Below, one piece after another: positions 18,308-27,009 of a stretch of 36,879 nucleotides of DNA. The notes beneath the pieces are model-generated. The model was not told the DNA's origin and did no database searches. It worked only from the letters and a program-made list of their open reading frames with translations. The DNA comes from Pseudomonadota bacterium. GTDB taxonomy: Bacteria; Bdellovibrionota_F; JAHFAK01; JBDREC01. Each line of letters opens with the position of its first letter. The first letter of the stretch is position 1. Position numbers and translations under genes: made by a program. The DNA lies in contig JBDREC010000078.1 in the NCBI GenBank assembly GCA_043820105.1, forward strand, positions 1 to 36,879, written 5' to 3'.

Positions 18308-19448
18308 ATGAACAAAATAGCCGTAATTGGACTTGGAAAGGCTGGAATACCTTTAGCTTGTGTAATTGCTGAACAAAATATTCCAGTAATTGGCTTAGAT
18401 GTTTCGACAAAAAGAGTTGAAGATATTAATAATAAGATCAATCCGATCCCAGAAGAACCAGGAGTTTCAGAAATATTTGACAAACATATTGGAGTTAACT
18501 TTGAAGCAACTACTTCTTATGAAAAAATCTTAAAAGAATGTAATGTTTTTATAGTTATTGTTCCATTGTTTATTGATGATAATAAGCAACCGGTTTTTGA
18601 TAATATTGATACTGTCATGAATGAACTTTCTAAAGGTTTAAAAGATGATGATTTAGTTGTTTTAGAAACAACAGTTCCAGTTGGTACAACTCGAAATCGT
18701 TTAAAACCTATTTTAGATAAAAGTGGTTCTGATTATATGTTAGCTTATTCACCAGAAAGAATCATGACAGGCTGGTCAATTTCACGATATAGAGAATTTC
18801 CAAAAGTTGTAGCAGGACTTGATGAAAAAGCTACAAACAAGGTTTTTGATGTTTATTCAAAATTTTGCACAAAAGCTGACAAGGTTGACACAACTGAAAC
18901 AGCTGAGATGATAAAAGTTTCAGAAGGCGTTTATAGAGATGTTAACATTGCCTTGGCCAATGAGCTTTTTAAATTATGCGAAAAATATGGAATTGACTTT
19001 AAACAAATGAGAGAAAAAGCAAATCATCAATTCGTAAATATTCATCAGCCGGGCATTGGCGTTGGCGGGCACTGTATTCCAGTTTATCCATGGTTTTTGA
19101 TAAATGATAATGATGTCCCACTCACAAAAACAGCTCGGCTCATGAATGATGATATGATTCATTATTGGAAAAATAAAGTTTTAAAAAAAATTAGATGGGA
19201 AAAAGAAAGTTGGTGTAATTGGAATTACATACAGAAAAGGTGTAAAAGAGCTAGCTTATACAAGATCTCTTCCTTTCATTAAAGAGCTTGAAAAGGCAGG
19301 CCTTGATGTTTATGTGGCGGATCCAATGTATAGTGAACAGGAGATACAAGAACTCGGTTTTAAATATCACGCTAATCATGAGAATGTGGACTTAAATATT
19401 GTTATTAATATGACTATGAATATAACTAACAATACTATGTACATTTAA
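18308..19448 (+). pseudogene. wbpA: UDP-GlcNAc/ManNAc 6-dehydrogenase, WbpA-like, frameshifted at A8 tract 19183-19190
   Basis: IAVIGLGKAG, ETTVPVGTT, YSPERI, GIGVGGHCIP. From 19191 another frame reads LDGKKKVGVIGITYRKGVKELAYTRS...VYVADP to TAA 19446-19448, the expected C-terminal domain. Removing one A restores a ~379 aa ORF. AGGAG RBS precedes ATG 18308. Confidence 0.85.
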
Positions 19449-19476
19449 GAAATTAATTATTAAACTTTTTTAGGAT

Positions 19477-20127
19477 ATGAAAACGATGAGTAAAAGATTA
19501 TTTGATATGTTTTTTTCTTTTATAGGACTCATATTTTTTAGTCCTTTTTTTCTTATTATATCTATTGCTATTAAATTAGAATCAGAAGGCCCTGTTTTCT
19601 ATCGAGGTGTTAGGGTTGGAAGGCATGGAAAACTGTTTAGGATATTTAAACTTAGAAGCATGGTTGCTGATGCTGAAAAACATGGTGTTGATTCAACAAG
19701 CACGATAGATTTCCGTTTAACAAGAATTGGTCATATTATTAGAAAATTCAAACTGGATGAGTTCTCTCAACTTATTAATGTTTTTATTGGAGATATGAGC
19801 CTAGTTGGGCCACGTCCAGAGGTTGAAAGATTTGTTAATAAATATACTAAAGAAGAAAAAAAGATATTATTATTAAGACCAGGAATTACAGATTGGTCCT
19901 CTATCAAGTTTCATAACGAGGGTGAAATAATTGAAAAGTCTGGAATTATTGATGCTGATGTGGCATATGAACAATTAATCCGTCCTGACAAGCTTAGACT
20001 ACAGCTTTTATATTTAGAAAAAAACAATATTTGGATTGATTTTATAATAATTATTTGCACAATTTTAACAATATGCAGTACAAGAAGTGGTGGACAACCA
20101 ATAGGAGTTCCCAGGATTACTAATTAA
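19477..20127 (+). CDS. Bacterial sugar transferase (monotopic phosphoglycosyl transferase, PglC/WcaJ C-terminal type; priming enzyme)
   Basis: KRLFD, FKLRSM, RKFKLDEFSQLINVFIGDMSLVGPRPE, RPGITDW. Confidence 0.92.
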   Translation: MKTMSKRLFDMFFSFIGLIFFSPFFLIISIAIKLESEGPVFYRGVRVGRHGKLFRIFKLRSMVADAEKHGVDSTSTIDFRLTRIGHIIRKFKLDEFSQLINVFIGDMSLVGPRPEVERFVNKYTKEEKKILLLRPGITDWSSIKFHNEGEIIEKSGIIDADVAYEQLIRPDKLRLQLLYLEKNNIWIDFIIIICTILTICSTRSGGQPIGVPRITN

Positions 20128-20144
20128 TACAAAAGGAGTAAACA

Positions 20145-21257
20145 ATGTCTGAAGTTAGGTCTGTTCCTTTTTTTGACTATCAAATATTCGAAAAAAGATA
20201 TGGTAAAAAATTAATTGATGTTATAAAAAACGTCGTTTCTAGAGGAGCTTTTATTCTTCAAAAAGATCTAGATAATTTTGAAAATAGAATCGCTAAATAT
20301 TTGGGTACTAAACATGCAATTGGAGTTGCAAATTGTACTGATGGACTTATTTTAGCCCTAGAAGCTAGCGGTCTAAAATCAGGCGATGAAGTTATTTTGC
20401 CTTCTCATACATTTATTGCAACTGCTTCAGCTGTTTATAGACTTGGTGGTATCCCTGTTCCAATTGAATGTGGAAAAGATCATATGATGGATGTTGATTG
20501 CATGGAAAAGGTAATATCTTCAAAAACAACCACAATTATGCCAGTACAATTAAATGGTAGGACTTGTCAGATGGATGCTGTATTGGATATTGCTAAAAAA
20601 CATGGTTTAAATGTTATCGAGGATGCTGCACAAGCGTTAGGATCTAAATATAAAGATAAGTTCGCAGGTACGTTTGGTAAAGCAGCAGCATTTAGTTTTT
20701 ATCCAGCAAAAATTCTTGGGTGTTTTGGCGATGGTGGAATTGTTGTTACAAATGATGATGATATTGCAGATAAAATATATCAACTGCACGAACATGGAAG
20801 AGATAAAAATGGTGAAATTAAATCTTGGGGTTATAATTCTAGATTAGATAATCTTCAAGCCGCAATATTAAATTTCATTTTTGATGAATACGATGAGATA
20901 ATTGCACGCAGAAGACATGTCGCATCATTATATCAAAAATATTTATTACCAGTTGAATCTCTATTGCTTCCTCCAGGACCAGATTGTTCTGATCATTTTG
21001 ATGTGTATCAAAATTATGAAATCGAAGCAGAAAATAGAGATGAGCTTCAAGATTACTTGAAAAGTGTTGGTATTGGTACTTTAAGACAATGGGGAGGGAT
21101 GGCTGTTCATCAGCATAAAGTTCTTGGATTTGATGTTGTATTGCCACAAACAGAACAAATGATTACTAAAGAATTGATGATCCCTATGAACATGTCTGTG
21201 ACAGATGATGATATTCTATATGTTTCAAATCATATTAAAAAATTCTATTCAAAATAA
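20145..21257 (+). CDS. DegT/DnrJ/EryC1/StrS PLP aminotransferase (second)
   Basis: ANCTDGL, GDEVILPSHTFIATA, EDAAQALG, FSFYPAKILGCFGDGG, GYNSRLDNLQAA. Confidence 0.92.
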   Translation: MSEVRSVPFFDYQIFEKRYGKKLIDVIKNVVSRGAFILQKDLDNFENRIAKYLGTKHAIGVANCTDGLILALEASGLKSGDEVILPSHTFIATASAVYRLGGIPVPIECGKDHMMDVDCMEKVISSKTTTIMPVQLNGRTCQMDAVLDIAKKHGLNVIEDAAQALGSKYKDKFAGTFGKAAAFSFYPAKILGCFGDGGIVVTNDDDIADKIYQLHEHGRDKNGEIKSWGYNSRLDNLQAAILNFIFDEYDEIIARRRHVASLYQKYLLPVESLLLPPGPDCSDHFDVYQNYEIEAENRDELQDYLKSVGIGTLRQWGGMAVHQHKVLGFDVVLPQTEQMITKELMIPMNMSVTDDDILYVSNHIKKFYSK

Positions 21258-21378
21258 GTTGTTTTTTTCATACACTAAATATATGGATATTTTACGAAAT
21301 AAATCTTGATTTCTTTTTTTCATTAAGCTTTATTGCCTGAAACCTAAAGGTTATAATTTTATTAATGTGGTGTTTAAT

Positions 21379-22356
21379 ATGGAATATTCAAAAGAATTGT
21401 TACTAAATCTATATAAGTCCATGCTAAAAATGAGGATTTGTGAAGAAAGCCTGGTTAATCCAATTATAGAGAGAGAAATTCAATGTCCTTGTCATTTGTA
21501 TAGTGGTGAAGAAGCAATTGCCGCTAGCTTTGGCGAGCTTCTGGAAAAAGAGGATTACGTTCTTGGAAACCATAGATCCCATGGACATTATCTGGCAAAG
21601 GGTGGAAACTTAAAGGAAATGATTGCGGAAATCTTTTGCAAAGATAGTGGTTGTTCAAGGGGAAAAGGTGGATCAATGCATTTGATTGATACCAGGGTTG
21701 GAATGTTAGGTTCAGCTCCAATTGTAGCTGGAACAATTTCTTTAGCCTTGGGCGTTGCTTTAGCTTCTAAAATAAGAAAAGACAATCGAGTTTCAGTTAG
21801 CTTTTTTGGTGATGGAGCAACAGGAGAAGGGGTTTTATATGAATCACTTAACTTTGCAGCTCTAAATAAACTACCAATCATTTTTGCATGTGAAAATAAT
21901 TTTTATTCTACTCATTTACACATTAAGGAAATTAGGGTTGAAAATGACATAAAGGACGTTGGGTCATCGCTTGGTATACAAAGCTATTTAGTAGATGGAA
22001 ATGATGTTTTAGAAACCTATAAAGTTATCAAGGAATCCGTTGATCTCATTAAAAATGGTAATGGACCTGTTTTTATTGAATTTCACACTTATAGGTTAAG
22101 AGGACATGTAGGCCCAGATGATAACCTTCAAGGAGAACATACTGATATTAGGCCAAAAGAAGAAATAGAAGCTTGGGTAAAGAAAGATCCTGTAATAAGG
22201 ATTGAAAAATATTTGTTAGAAAATAATTTGCTGGATGATAATGAAAAATTTGAAATAAAAAAACAAATTGAAATAGAAATAAATGAAGCAATTGATTTTG
22301 CGAAAAACAGTCCGTATCCAGACGTAAAGGAGTTATATTCAAATGTCTTCAAATGA
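21379..22356 (+). CDS. TPP-dependent dehydrogenase E1 alpha-like subunit
   Basis: HLYSGEEAIA, HRSHGH, GKGGSMH, FFGDGA...ENN TPP motif, YRLRGH. Alternative start GTG 21367. Confidence 0.9.
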   Translation: MEYSKELLLNLYKSMLKMRICEESLVNPIIEREIQCPCHLYSGEEAIAASFGELLEKEDYVLGNHRSHGHYLAKGGNLKEMIAEIFCKDSGCSRGKGGSMHLIDTRVGMLGSAPIVAGTISLALGVALASKIRKDNRVSVSFFGDGATGEGVLYESLNFAALNKLPIIFACENNFYSTHLHIKEIRVENDIKDVGSSLGIQSYLVDGNDVLETYKVIKESVDLIKNGNGPVFIEFHTYRLRGHVGPDDNLQGEHTDIRPKEEIEAWVKKDPVIRIEKYLLENNLLDDNEKFEIKKQIEIEINEAIDFAKNSPYPDVKELYSNVFK

Positions 22357-23338
22357 AAGAAAATTAAAATTTAGTCTTGCCATAAATGAAGCTCTTCATC
22401 AAATGATGGAAACTGATGATTCAGTGTTTGTATTGGGGCAAGGGGTTAAAAGTCCATGGTACGTTGGTAATACTGTTCAGGGATTGATTAAGAAATTTGG
22501 AGAGGAAAGGGTAATAGATACACCCATTTCTGAAAATGCCATGACAGGTGCCGCAGTGGGTGCCTCAATTGCCGGTATGCGAGCAGTAGTTGTTCATCCT
22601 AGAATGGATTTTATGTTATATGCATTTGATCCTATAATCAATCAAGCAGCAAACTGGTATTATATGAACGGTGGACAAGCCTCTGTTCCAGTAGTTGTAT
22701 GGTCAATTATCAACCGGGGGGGGGAGCAAGCAGCTCAGCATTCGCAAGCATTACAAAGTATTTTTGCGCATGTCCCGGGTCTTAAGGTTGTTACTCCATC
22801 TACTCCATATGATGCAAAGGGACTTATGATATCAGCTATCAAAGATGATAATCCTGTAGTTTTTATTGATGACAGATGGCTTTATAATATTGAAGATGTT
22901 GTTCCCACTGAAATTTATTCAATACCTATTGGAAAAGGCGAAATAAAAAAACATGGTAATGATGTAACAATAATTTCGAATTCATATTTAACACAAGAGT
23001 GCTTAAAATCTTTGAAAATTTTAAATGAAAAAAACATAGATGCTGAACTTATTGATTTACGTTCAATTAAGCCTTTAGATAAGGATTTAATTTTTGAATC
23101 TGTTAAGAAAACAGGAAAAGCAGTTATTGTGGATGGAACATGGAAAACATGTGGAATTTCTGCAGAAATATCAGCTCTTATTTCGGAAAATATTTTTGAA
23201 TACCTTAAGGCTCCGGTTTTTAGAATGGCTTTACCAGACACCCCAGCTCCTGCTAATAGGGTTTTAGAGAAAGAATACTATATTACCTCTGATAAAATAG
23301 CTTCTCAAGTGGAAGAATTTTGCCTTTCTTGTAAATAG
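22343..23338 (+). CDS. TPP-dependent dehydrogenase E1 beta-like subunit
   Basis: RVIDTPISEN, AAQHSQ, PGLKVVTPSTPYDAKGL, IDLRSIKPLD. Overlaps the alpha gene. G9 tract at 22716-22724. Confidence 0.9.
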   Translation: MSSNERKLKFSLAINEALHQMMETDDSVFVLGQGVKSPWYVGNTVQGLIKKFGEERVIDTPISENAMTGAAVGASIAGMRAVVVHPRMDFMLYAFDPIINQAANWYYMNGGQASVPVVVWSIINRGGEQAAQHSQALQSIFAHVPGLKVVTPSTPYDAKGLMISAIKDDNPVVFIDDRWLYNIEDVVPTEIYSIPIGKGEIKKHGNDVTIISNSYLTQECLKSLKILNEKNIDAELIDLRSIKPLDKDLIFESVKKTGKAVIVDGTWKTCGISAEISALISENIFEYLKAPVFRMALPDTPAPANRVLEKEYYITSDKIASQVEEFCLSCK

Positions 23339-23386
23339 ACCGATATCTTGGTGAAATTTGTGTACTATTATGAGTAATGTCTAGAA

Positions 23387-25462
23387 ATGTCTAAAAGATT
23401 TATCAAATTTCTTTTTTTATTGCTAGTCCTTAATTTTTTTTATTTTCCTGAGATTTATCCTTATTCATTAATAACAGATCTAAAAAAGCAGCTAACTTTT
23501 GATATTGGTTCTGATTCGCATAAGTTGATGCCCTTATTAACTTCAGAAGGTTATAGCGGTGCAATCTTTTCCCCAACAGGTGAAGTTTATCAAGATGGAC
23601 AACTTGGATTGGTTTTTAATACAGCTGTTGATACATTTGTAAATAGTAATGTCTCAAAACAATATAATTTTACTTTTGGGATTGGCTTTTTGCCAAGGCT
23701 TGAGCTGGGATTTCGTCTTGCTGATTCACAGACTCCAGCCGGATATGAACAGGATTTAGATTTACCAGAAAATCATGAAAGATATATTAGAGACCTATCA
23801 GCCAACTGCAAAATGAAGATAATAAAAGAGGGGTATTATCTTCCTGCTTTGGCTTTTGGAGTTCAGGATTTTGGAGGAGCATCTGAATTATTTAATTCAT
23901 ACTATTTAGCTATGTCTAAGACTTATTCTAATACGTTTAGATTTACATCCGGATATGGTTTTGGACCAGATCGTTTAAAAGGATTTTTTTCATCAATAGA
24001 AACATCTTTTTTAAAGTCTATTTATATTCAGGCAGAATATGATACAGAAAAGTTTAACGCAGGTCTTACTGTTTTCCCTTTCTTGAAATTTATTAAAGAA
24101 CATAGTTTTTTGGCTTATATTAATGGAAAATATATTCTTTCAGATATTTGGAATAACAACAATCATTATTGGGGAGTAGGCTTGGAAATTCCTCTTAATG
24201 AAAGACCAATTAGACATAAAAAAGAGATGGGATTACATGAAAAGACTTTGAAAAAAGATAAAAAAGAATTTTCAATTAATAGTCTTTTGAGCAAATTAAA
24301 AAATATTGGTTTTGAAAATTTATATTCAAGGATTGATGGAAATAGTATTTTAATTGAATATGAAAATCGCATTTATCCACGCTCCGAGCTTGATGCAATT
24401 GCCAGGATGTTAAGTGTTTTGTCTGAATATAAATATGAGAATAATTATGAAATTAACCTTATTATTAAGAAGCAAAAAATCGCTTTACTGAAACTTGCCT
24501 TTAAGATCAGAGACCTTTTGGCTTTTTCAAGTTATGAAATTTCTTCAGAAGATTTTGTGAATTTAGTTCATTTTTCATTTGTTGAACATGCTTATAAAGA
24601 TAAAAGCTCAGGGCTAATTAATTCTTCATTTTCAAAAAGTGATTTTTTCTTGTTACCAAAAAGGAAATATACAGTTGGCACAGATCTTGGTATTGCTGAC
24701 ATTAAGTTAGCCTTAATGCCGGAAATCAAAACACCTCTTTTTAAAGGCGGACTTTTAAGAACTTCATATTTAATACCCCTTGTAAATACCGAAGAATCAA
24801 TGCTTGGGCTTGATTATGATTATGGTTTTGAAAACTTAATGTATCATCAGGCTTTTTTATTGCCCTTTAGAGTCTTTAATCTAACATCTTTTGGGCAATT
24901 TGAGCAGTCTGCCTATTCAAATGATTTAGCTATATTCAATGAAACATCATGGTACTCTAGGGAGGGCGATTTAAAACTTGGAGGGATGTTTGGTTCAAGC
25001 TTTAATACAAGTTATTTTCTTTGGCTCAATAGGAAAATCACCAATGTTTTTGCAAGATACAGGGTTCAAAAATTGGATTTGGACCTTGGGCTTGAGGCAG
25101 GATATTATTATTATCGTGACTGGGGTTATAAAATATATTTTGATCGTTTTTATGGCAATACAAATGTTGGTTTATTCTACACTGGTAGTACTAGGGGAAA
25201 AGAGGCTGGTATTATGCTTTCATTCCCTCTTTGTTTTAAAAAGACAATACTGAAACCATGGTATATAAGGCCAAGGTTTCCTGATCAAATTAACTTGTCT
25301 CTAAGAAGTCAGATTTTTAATCCTGACATAATAAATAGTGTTGCTTCAAATGTGGCAAGATTGCCCGAAATGAGATATCGTACAGATTATTTATATTTTG
25401 ATAATGACAAGCTTACACCTTCTTATATAAAATCACATTTAAATGAAGCGATGGAGAGATAA
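23387..25462 (+). CDS. YjbH/GfcD/WbfB-family outer-membrane exopolysaccharide protein
   Basis: Signal peptide, GFLPRLELGFR, DLSANCK...LPALAFGVQDFGG, YLAMSK, AEYD, and amphipathic beta-strand pattern. Confidence 0.75.
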   Translation: MSKRFIKFLFLLLVLNFFYFPEIYPYSLITDLKKQLTFDIGSDSHKLMPLLTSEGYSGAIFSPTGEVYQDGQLGLVFNTAVDTFVNSNVSKQYNFTFGIGFLPRLELGFRLADSQTPAGYEQDLDLPENHERYIRDLSANCKMKIIKEGYYLPALAFGVQDFGGASELFNSYYLAMSKTYSNTFRFTSGYGFGPDRLKGFFSSIETSFLKSIYIQAEYDTEKFNAGLTVFPFLKFIKEHSFLAYINGKYILSDIWNNNNHYWGVGLEIPLNERPIRHKKEMGLHEKTLKKDKKEFSINSLLSKLKNIGFENLYSRIDGNSILIEYENRIYPRSELDAIARMLSVLSEYKYENNYEINLIIKKQKIALLKLAFKIRDLLAFSSYEISSEDFVNLVHFSFVEHAYKDKSSGLINSSFSKSDFFLLPKRKYTVGTDLGIADIKLALMPEIKTPLFKGGLLRTSYLIPLVNTEESMLGLDYDYGFENLMYHQAFLLPFRVFNLTSFGQFEQSAYSNDLAIFNETSWYSREGDLKLGGMFGSSFNTSYFLWLNRKITNVFARYRVQKLDLDLGLEAGYYYYRDWGYKIYFDRFYGNTNVGLFYTGSTRGKEAGIMLSFPLCFKKTILKPWYIRPRFPDQINLSLRSQIFNPDIINSVASNVARLPEMRYRTDYLYFDNDKLTPSYIKSHLNEAMER

Positions 25463-25464
25463 AA

Positions 25465-25566
25465 TTGAAAACTGTTTTAACAATAGCAGGGTCGGATCCA
25501 TGTAGTGGAGCGGGAATTCAAGCTGATTTACAAACATTTAAAGATTATGTAGTATATAAGGTTTGA
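25465..25566 (+). pseudogene. thiD: 5' remnant of a thiD homolog (33 codons)
   Basis: TTG-start frame reads (M)[32 protein letters not shown], matching the intact ThiD N-terminus [31 protein letters not shown]. Confidence 0.85.
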
Positions 25567-25638
25567 GTGTTTCCAAAGATGTCTTGAAAGCTTTAATTAA
25601 AAGTTTATTTGATAATAGTGAGGCTCAAATTAGTTTTT

Positions 25639-26781
25639 ATGAAAATAGCAATATTAAGCATTACGCAGAATGGTATAAGTGGTGGATATAAAAAATATTT
25701 AAATAATATTATTCCACTGATTAGCGGTAGCAAGGAAGTTGATGAAGTTCTATGTGTTTTTTCAAATTCTATTAAAAAATTATTTGTTGATCAAAAGATT
25801 GCAGGGGTTCAATATAAAAGTTGCAAAAATTTGACCTTATTGAATTATTTTTTTAACAAAGAATTATATAAATTTCTTGAAGAATTTGATCCTGATATTA
25901 TTTTTCTTACTGCTGAACGTCCTTTTAAATTCAAGAAGGTTCCCGTTGTTGTTTTATTTCAAGATATGAGGCCTTTTATTAAAAATGGCAGTGACTTTTC
26001 TTTTATAAACAAAATTAAATTACAACTCAAAAAAAGAATTAGTTTGATGTCTTTTCAGATGGCAGATAAAGTAATTACAGTTTCTGATAGCTGCAAATTT
26101 TATTTAAAAAAAGAATTAAAAATTAATTCAGACAAAATTAACTATATTTACTATGGTGTCAATCCTTGTGAACAATCTTTTAAGCCTACTATAGTTCCTG
26201 ATGATTGGAAAAACAAATTCATATTCACTGCAGGTAGTTTTGGATCCTATCGAGGTTTTGAAGATTTAATTAAAGCTTTTACACTTTTTGATTTTAATCA
26301 ACTTGGAATTAAGGGAATTGTAATTGCATCTAATTTAAATGATGTCGAAAAAAAATATAAAGCATATTTAGATAAACTAATAGCTAAACACAACCTTAAC
26401 TCAAAAGTTATTTGGACTGATGAAATTTCTGAACCAGAAATGACCTGGTGCTATTCTAATTCTCAGCTTTTCATAATGACCAGTAGAGTTGAGTCAATTG
26501 GAATGATTGCACTAGAAGCTTTAGCACATAAATGCAGAATAATTTCAGCCAGGAATTTTTGTTTGCCTGAGATTTTTGCTGAAGCAGCATTATACTACAC
26601 TCCCAAAGATTCTGAAATGCTTGCAAATGTTATTAAAGATGCTATTGCTATGACAAGGGTTGCAAAAGAAGAATTTGTTGAGAAAGTAGAAAAACAAGCA
26701 ATGATGTTTTCGTGGGATAAGTGTCTCATGGAAACGATTTCTAATTTTAATTCAATACTTCAAACAAAAACTTTTAAATAG
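25639..26781 (+). CDS. Glycosyltransferase family 4
   Basis: MKIAIL..., ADKVITVS, IYYGV, FIMTSRVESIGMIALEALA, LPEIFAEAALY. ORF is open from 25609. Confidence 0.85.
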   Translation: MKIAILSITQNGISGGYKKYLNNIIPLISGSKEVDEVLCVFSNSIKKLFVDQKIAGVQYKSCKNLTLLNYFFNKELYKFLEEFDPDIIFLTAERPFKFKKVPVVVLFQDMRPFIKNGSDFSFINKIKLQLKKRISLMSFQMADKVITVSDSCKFYLKKELKINSDKINYIYYGVNPCEQSFKPTIVPDDWKNKFIFTAGSFGSYRGFEDLIKAFTLFDFNQLGIKGIVIASNLNDVEKKYKAYLDKLIAKHNLNSKVIWTDEISEPEMTWCYSNSQLFIMTSRVESIGMIALEALAHKCRIISARNFCLPEIFAEAALYYTPKDSEMLANVIKDAIAMTRVAKEEFVEKVEKQAMMFSWDKCLMETISNFNSILQTKTFK

Positions 26782-26847
26782 CCGATGATTTTTATCGATT
26801 TTTAGTTTATAGTTTCTTTTTTAAAATTCGTTATTATAATATTTGTT

Positions 26848-26919
26848 GATAATGATAGGTTGACACAATCCTATATTCGTGAGCACCTTGAAAAGACAAC
26901 TAACATATTAGGCTTGTAG
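26848..26919 (+). pseudogene. 3' remnant of a YjbH-family gene
   Basis: Reads DNDRLTQSYIREHLEKTTNILGL*, against DNDKLTPSYIKSHLNEAMER* at the end of 23387-25462 (10 of 14 identical). Confidence 0.7.
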
Positions 26920-27007
26920 CTTATAGCTTGTGGCTTGTAGGGACTGTTGGGCAATGTGAATTAATAATTTATTTTCCTACTAGCTACTAGCTACCAACTA
27001 CCAGCTA
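26912..27007. repeat. Inverted pair of heptamer tandem arrays
   Basis: gcttgta-gcttata-gcttgtg-gcttgta-gg ... cctacta-gctacta-gctacca-actacca-gcta. The arms pair with roughly one mismatch per 7 bp. Confidence 0.85.
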
Positions 27008-27009
27008 TT

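Noticed and set aside
15481-18483. Small ORFs 15481-15666, 15503-15709, 15507-15743, 16842-17039, 18235-18483 with PQRHREHRE/LCxLC motifs, and the MSLCLCG extension of the wbpA ORF
   Set aside because: They are translations of the palindromic repeat. The real wbpA start follows AGGAG at 18308.
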